A stretch of 64,000 nucleotides of DNA from Escherichia phage SUT_E420. The notes beneath the pieces are model-generated. The model worked only from the letters and a program-made list of their open reading frames with translations. It did no database searches and was not told the origin of the DNA. Location of the stretch: the sequence record OQ990039; one strand, 5' to 3'. Positions 62,527-64,000 of the stretch are shown in pieces. The translations under genes were made by a program, and so were the position numbers. Within the stretch, counting starts at the first letter, position 1, and every line of letters begins with the position of its first letter.

Positions 62527-63422
62527 TTTTTAATTTCTCCAAAGAAATCTATTCTCACTGGGTCTGAAGAAGCAGTAGGTATAATATCCCACTCAACTCT
62601 ATACACATCTGAGAAATCTAGGCGTTTTGTAATACGTGCTGAAGGAAAATCTATAGAAATATTATTATTTCTTATATTTAAAGGTACATCTACCTCTGGT
62701 TCGACATTGTAAACCATATCTCCTGCAAAACGTTTTAAGTAATATAGAGAAATAGTTGCCGAAGCATTCATTTCATTTACATAAGCTCTTTTATTATTAT
62801 AGATTTTATTTATATCAAAAACACTCTTATCTTCTCTCCAAGAGCACTGCTGCTGGAAAGATAAAGAGGCAGAGATAAGACCTGGTAAGACGCTACCATT
62901 AGTAGAAGCTATTACTGGGCTATAAGACATTACTTCACCCTGTATAATAGAACCTGCTTCTCTATATGTAGATACTTCGGAAAATTTCCCCGATTCAATA
63001 CCAACATTAAGAATTGGTATGTTCTTATCTAAAGAAAAATCTACCGTAGATACATAACAGTTTTCAAAATATACACAGTTATTATCTTTATTTACTATAT
63101 AGATATTGAACATAATAGGTTCAATATTATTACTATATAGTGGGAGTAAGAAAGTATTACCTTTTCTATCAAAACCTAACCATTCAAAGAAGTTAGCCTC
63201 AGTAAGAGTATTACTGAAATTTACTGCTAGAGAGATAGAAGAGGGGGTTTGAGCATTTATAATAGAGTCTGCATAGTTAGTTCTACGATGAACAGTCCTA
63301 CGAAGAGTCTTGAATTCCTCGTAGGAAGTCTGTATATCATAGTTTGATAGGGCATCAAAATGAAATGCCCTACCATCATACTCAACTATAACTTTTGACT
63401 CTCTCATTAGAGAGTAGTACAT
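62523..63422 (-). CDS. tail structural protein (possibly T5 p140-like)
   Basis: 299 aa ORF immediately downstream of the tail tube gene. Confidence 0.4.
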   Translation of the reverse strand: MYYSLMRESKVIVEYDGRAFHFDALSNYDIQTSYEEFKTLRRTVHRRTNYADSIINAQTPSSISLAVNFSNTLTEANFFEWLGFDRKGNTFLLPLYSNNIEPIMFNIYIVNKDNNCVYFENCYVSTVDFSLDKNIPILNVGIESGKFSEVSTYREAGSIIQGEVMSYSPVIASTNGSVLPGLISASLSFQQQCSWREDKSVFDINKIYNNKRAYVNEMNASATISLYYLKRFAGDMVYNVEPEVDVPLNIRNNNISIDFPSARITKRLDFSDVYRVEWDIIPTASSDPVRIDFFGEIKK

Positions 63423-63426
63423 TTAA

Positions 63427-64000
63427 TTAGCCACCAGCAGTAACTGTAATGCTCTTAGTACCTTCTACACCAGAACCGTCTTTAGCTACAGCTTTGACAG
63501 TAACAGAACCTGTCTTAGTAGTGTCCGCAGTTAATAAACCAGATTCTGGATCAATTGTAGCTGCATCACCACTAGAAATAGACCAAGTTACAGCACTATT
63601 AGTAGCATCTGGCGGAGTTACTTCAACAGACATCTGTAGAGTATTACTGTTCTGTACTGAAGTAGCATTACCAACAGATTTAACTGTGATTGATTCAACT
63701 AGTTTTGGTGGAGTTTTAGCTCCATCTCCTGTAGCAATCAGATTAGCCACAGTGGTTTTAGTATACTTGTTAGAGAAACCAAGATAACCTTCATCACCAG
63801 TATCCAAATCTGTAGGGATAGCTTTAAACTCTACTGAAGTACCAAGTACATCATCAGTCTCAATAGTAGGAATGTTAACGTGAGCCTGTTTAGCAACCAG
63901 CACAGCTGCCGGACGTTCATCATCGTATTCACCACCAAGGATAAGTGCGATTTCAAACTTGTTAACTACCTTCAAGGTTTTGATAAGATCTTTGTACAGT
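63427..64000 (-). CDS. major tail tube protein (T5 pb6-like), C-terminal part; 5' end beyond the window
   Basis: C-terminal Ig-like segment (TPPDATNSAVTWSISSGDAATIDPESGLLTA...VTVKAVAKDGSG); reading frame stays open to the window edge. Confidence 0.6.
   Translation of the reverse strand, partial: LYKDLIKTLKVVNKFEIALILGGEYDDERPAAVLVAKQAHVNIPTIETDDVLGTSVEFKAIPTDLDTGDEGYLGFSNKYTKTTVANLIATGDGAKTPPKLVESITVKSVGNATSVQNSNTLQMSVEVTPPDATNSAVTWSISSGDAATIDPESGLLTADTTKTGSVTVKAVAKDGSGVEGTKSITVTAGG

Noticed and set aside
1-64000. Integrase, transposase, rRNA genes or a lysis cassette.
   Set aside because: No recognisable recombinase, transposase, holin/endolysin pair or rRNA-like sequence was seen; the window looks like a virulent-phage early/replication/tail segment.

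Overview
This window is a Tequintavirus (phage T5-like) genome segment with three blocks. Block 1 (1-21205, minus strand) is the early tRNA region: at least 11 tRNA genes interleaved with small ORFs, then a nucleotide-metabolism run (NADAR, RNase H, thyA, frd, nrdB, HNH endonuclease, nrdA, phoH). Block 2 (21549-48873, plus strand) is the replication/recombination module: nrdD, a Sir2-like operon, a putative origin-binding ATPase, split NAD-dependent ligase, DnaB-like helicase, primase, family-A DNA polymerase, SF2 helicase, SbcD/SbcC-like, flap endonuclease, dUTPase. Block 3 (48930-64000, minus strand) is the tail module: L-shaped tail fibre, collar, pb4/pb3/pb9-like proteins, tape measure, chaperones, partial tail tube. 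The T5 assignment rests on a PN25-like promoter with its leader at 29686-29750 and a flap endonuclease that matches T5 D15 from memory; no database search was run. About 25 near-consensus sigma70 promoters of one family and several intrinsic terminators are readable directly. The sequence is a draft: twelve 100-N gaps, ten of them flanked by identical 77-bp copies (unmerged contig overlaps) that corrupt the ORF track, and two true gaps, one of which removes about 150 residues of the DNA polymerase. The most unusual candidates are a plus-strand three-gene cassette of Gly/Gln/Cys-rich proteins inside the tRNA region (4125-5893), a Sir2-like/HAD-like overlapping-gene operon (23466-26475), a roughly 620-bp structured non-coding leader (26424-27045), a NADAR gene, and a promoter-driven non-coding stretch ending in a tRNA-like element (7197-7993). 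All functional calls are from motif reading by eye.
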